Assembly: GCA_947626325.1 (NCBI GenBank)
Contig: CANQRT010000001.1
Span: forward strand, 1-38,375
Origin: Candidatus Gastranaerophilales bacterium
Lineage (GTDB): Bacteria; Cyanobacteriota; Vampirovibrionia; Gastranaerophilales; Gastranaerophilaceae
DNA length: 38,375 nucleotides
Reading direction: 5' to 3'
The translations under genes were made by a program, and so were the position numbers. Below, piece after piece: positions 37,713 through 38,375 of this stretch (positions are counted from its first letter, which is position 1; each line of letters opens with the position of its first letter). The notes beneath the pieces were generated by a model. It did no database searches, was not told where the DNA came from, and saw nothing but the letters and a program-made list of their open reading frames with translations.

Positions 37713-38375
37713 ATGGTAAACGAATTAGAAGAAAAAGTATATAATTTACAAAAGAATGTGTTAGAACTTCACAATTTATTTGATTTAAACATGGCGGCAA
37801 ATCAGTCACGCAGTATGGAAGACTTGCTTTCAAAGGTCGCTGTGTTAATAAAATCTTCTGTGAATGTCAAAAATATAAGATTTTTCTTAAACAACAACGG
37901 TATATTTCAAACAAAGAACATAGTAAGTCATTCAGACTTAGAATTTGAATTTAATGCAGACAATACACCGTTTTTGCAGAATGAAACAACAGATTTAATA
38001 AAAGTAGTAAATAATGACGGAAGTTATATTTATAAAGCATTTTGGAATACATACAAACTGGAAGAACTTGAAACAAAATATATAAAAGTATTTTATAAAG
38101 AGGGAAATGCTTTTTGTATCTGTTCATTAAGCTCAAAAGAAGATAATACTGAGTACACTCAAGAGGATTTAACATACCTAGAGCAAGTATTCAGCTGTAT
38201 AGAGCCTATATTGGATAAATTCATCAGGACAAAAGAGCAGGAAGAAAAGATAAGGGATTTAAATAAGACACTGCATAATTTGTCGATTTTATACAATATA
38301 TCTCAAGCAGTAAACTTTATAGACGATTTAAAGCGATTAATAGGTGTAATTCTTGATAAAGCGATAGAAACAGTA
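37713..38375 (+). CDS. GAF-domain-like sensory protein, N-terminal 221 codons; the 3' end runs off the window
   Basis: My own translation from ATG 37713 is MVNELEEKVYNLQKNVLELHNLFDLNMAANQSRSMEDLLSKVAVLIKSSVNVKNIRFFL...LHNLSILYNISQAVNFIDDLKRLIGVILDKAIETV. The L-x-L/I-x-x-I/L-S/N-xx..-SLEDLL-type openings, repeated twice, are typical of tandem GAF domains. It is open to the window end and absent from the ORF track. Confidence 0.55.
   Translation, partial: MVNELEEKVYNLQKNVLELHNLFDLNMAANQSRSMEDLLSKVAVLIKSSVNVKNIRFFLNNNGIFQTKNIVSHSDLEFEFNADNTPFLQNETTDLIKVVNNDGSYIYKAFWNTYKLEELETKYIKVFYKEGNAFCICSLSSKEDNTEYTQEDLTYLEQVFSCIEPILDKFIRTKEQEEKIRDLNKTLHNLSILYNISQAVNFIDDLKRLIGVILDKAIETV

Overview
This 38.4 kb window is gene-dense, low-GC (about one third GC by eye) bacterial chromosome, and most of it is housekeeping genes. 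I found no rRNA, tRNA, CRISPR array, transposase, integrase or recognisable defence or toxin gene.

Genes in order:
- A 5'-partial 2-isopropylmalate/homocitrate synthase-family gene (-), purB (+), and a membrane-anchored SGNH hydrolase (-).
- A ribosomal-protein/RNA polymerase operon: infA-rpmJ-rpsM-rpsK-rpsD-rpoA-rplQ-truA-rplM-rpsI (+).
- A small orphan protein (-), rubrerythrin (+), and a DUF4422 glycosyltransferase-like gene (-).
- atpD-atpC (+), thrC and hom (-).
- A tiny Gly/Ser/Ala-rich peptide gene (+) and a zinc-ribbon protein (-).
- A four-gene operon of unknown function at 16023-21363 (+): two paralogous membrane proteins, a divergent GH13 enzyme and a small membrane protein.
- deoC, recO and pilT (-).
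- smc-scpA-scpB followed by a TPR/matrixin-like metalloprotease (+).
- rimO, a polytopic GT-C-like membrane protein and mutS (-).
- A small membrane-anchored protein, ribD and a 3'-partial GAF-domain protein (+).

Gene order (rplQ directly followed by truA-rplM-rpsI, and atpD-atpC split from the other atp genes) plus an anaerobe marker (rubrerythrin) suggest a streamlined non-photosynthetic relative of cyanobacteria (Vampirovibrionia/Melainabacteria-like). That placement is inference only.

Best candidates for something new:
1. The 16023-21363 operon.
2. The Lys/Arg-free 78-aa peptide gene at 15241-15477.
3. A roughly 50% GC, purine-rich 350-nt spacer with a 24-nt direct repeat between rpmJ and rpsM.
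4. A G9 homopolymer early in the DUF4422 gene, a possible phase-variation switch.

All functional calls come from reading the supplied translations and the DNA by eye. No database search was run.
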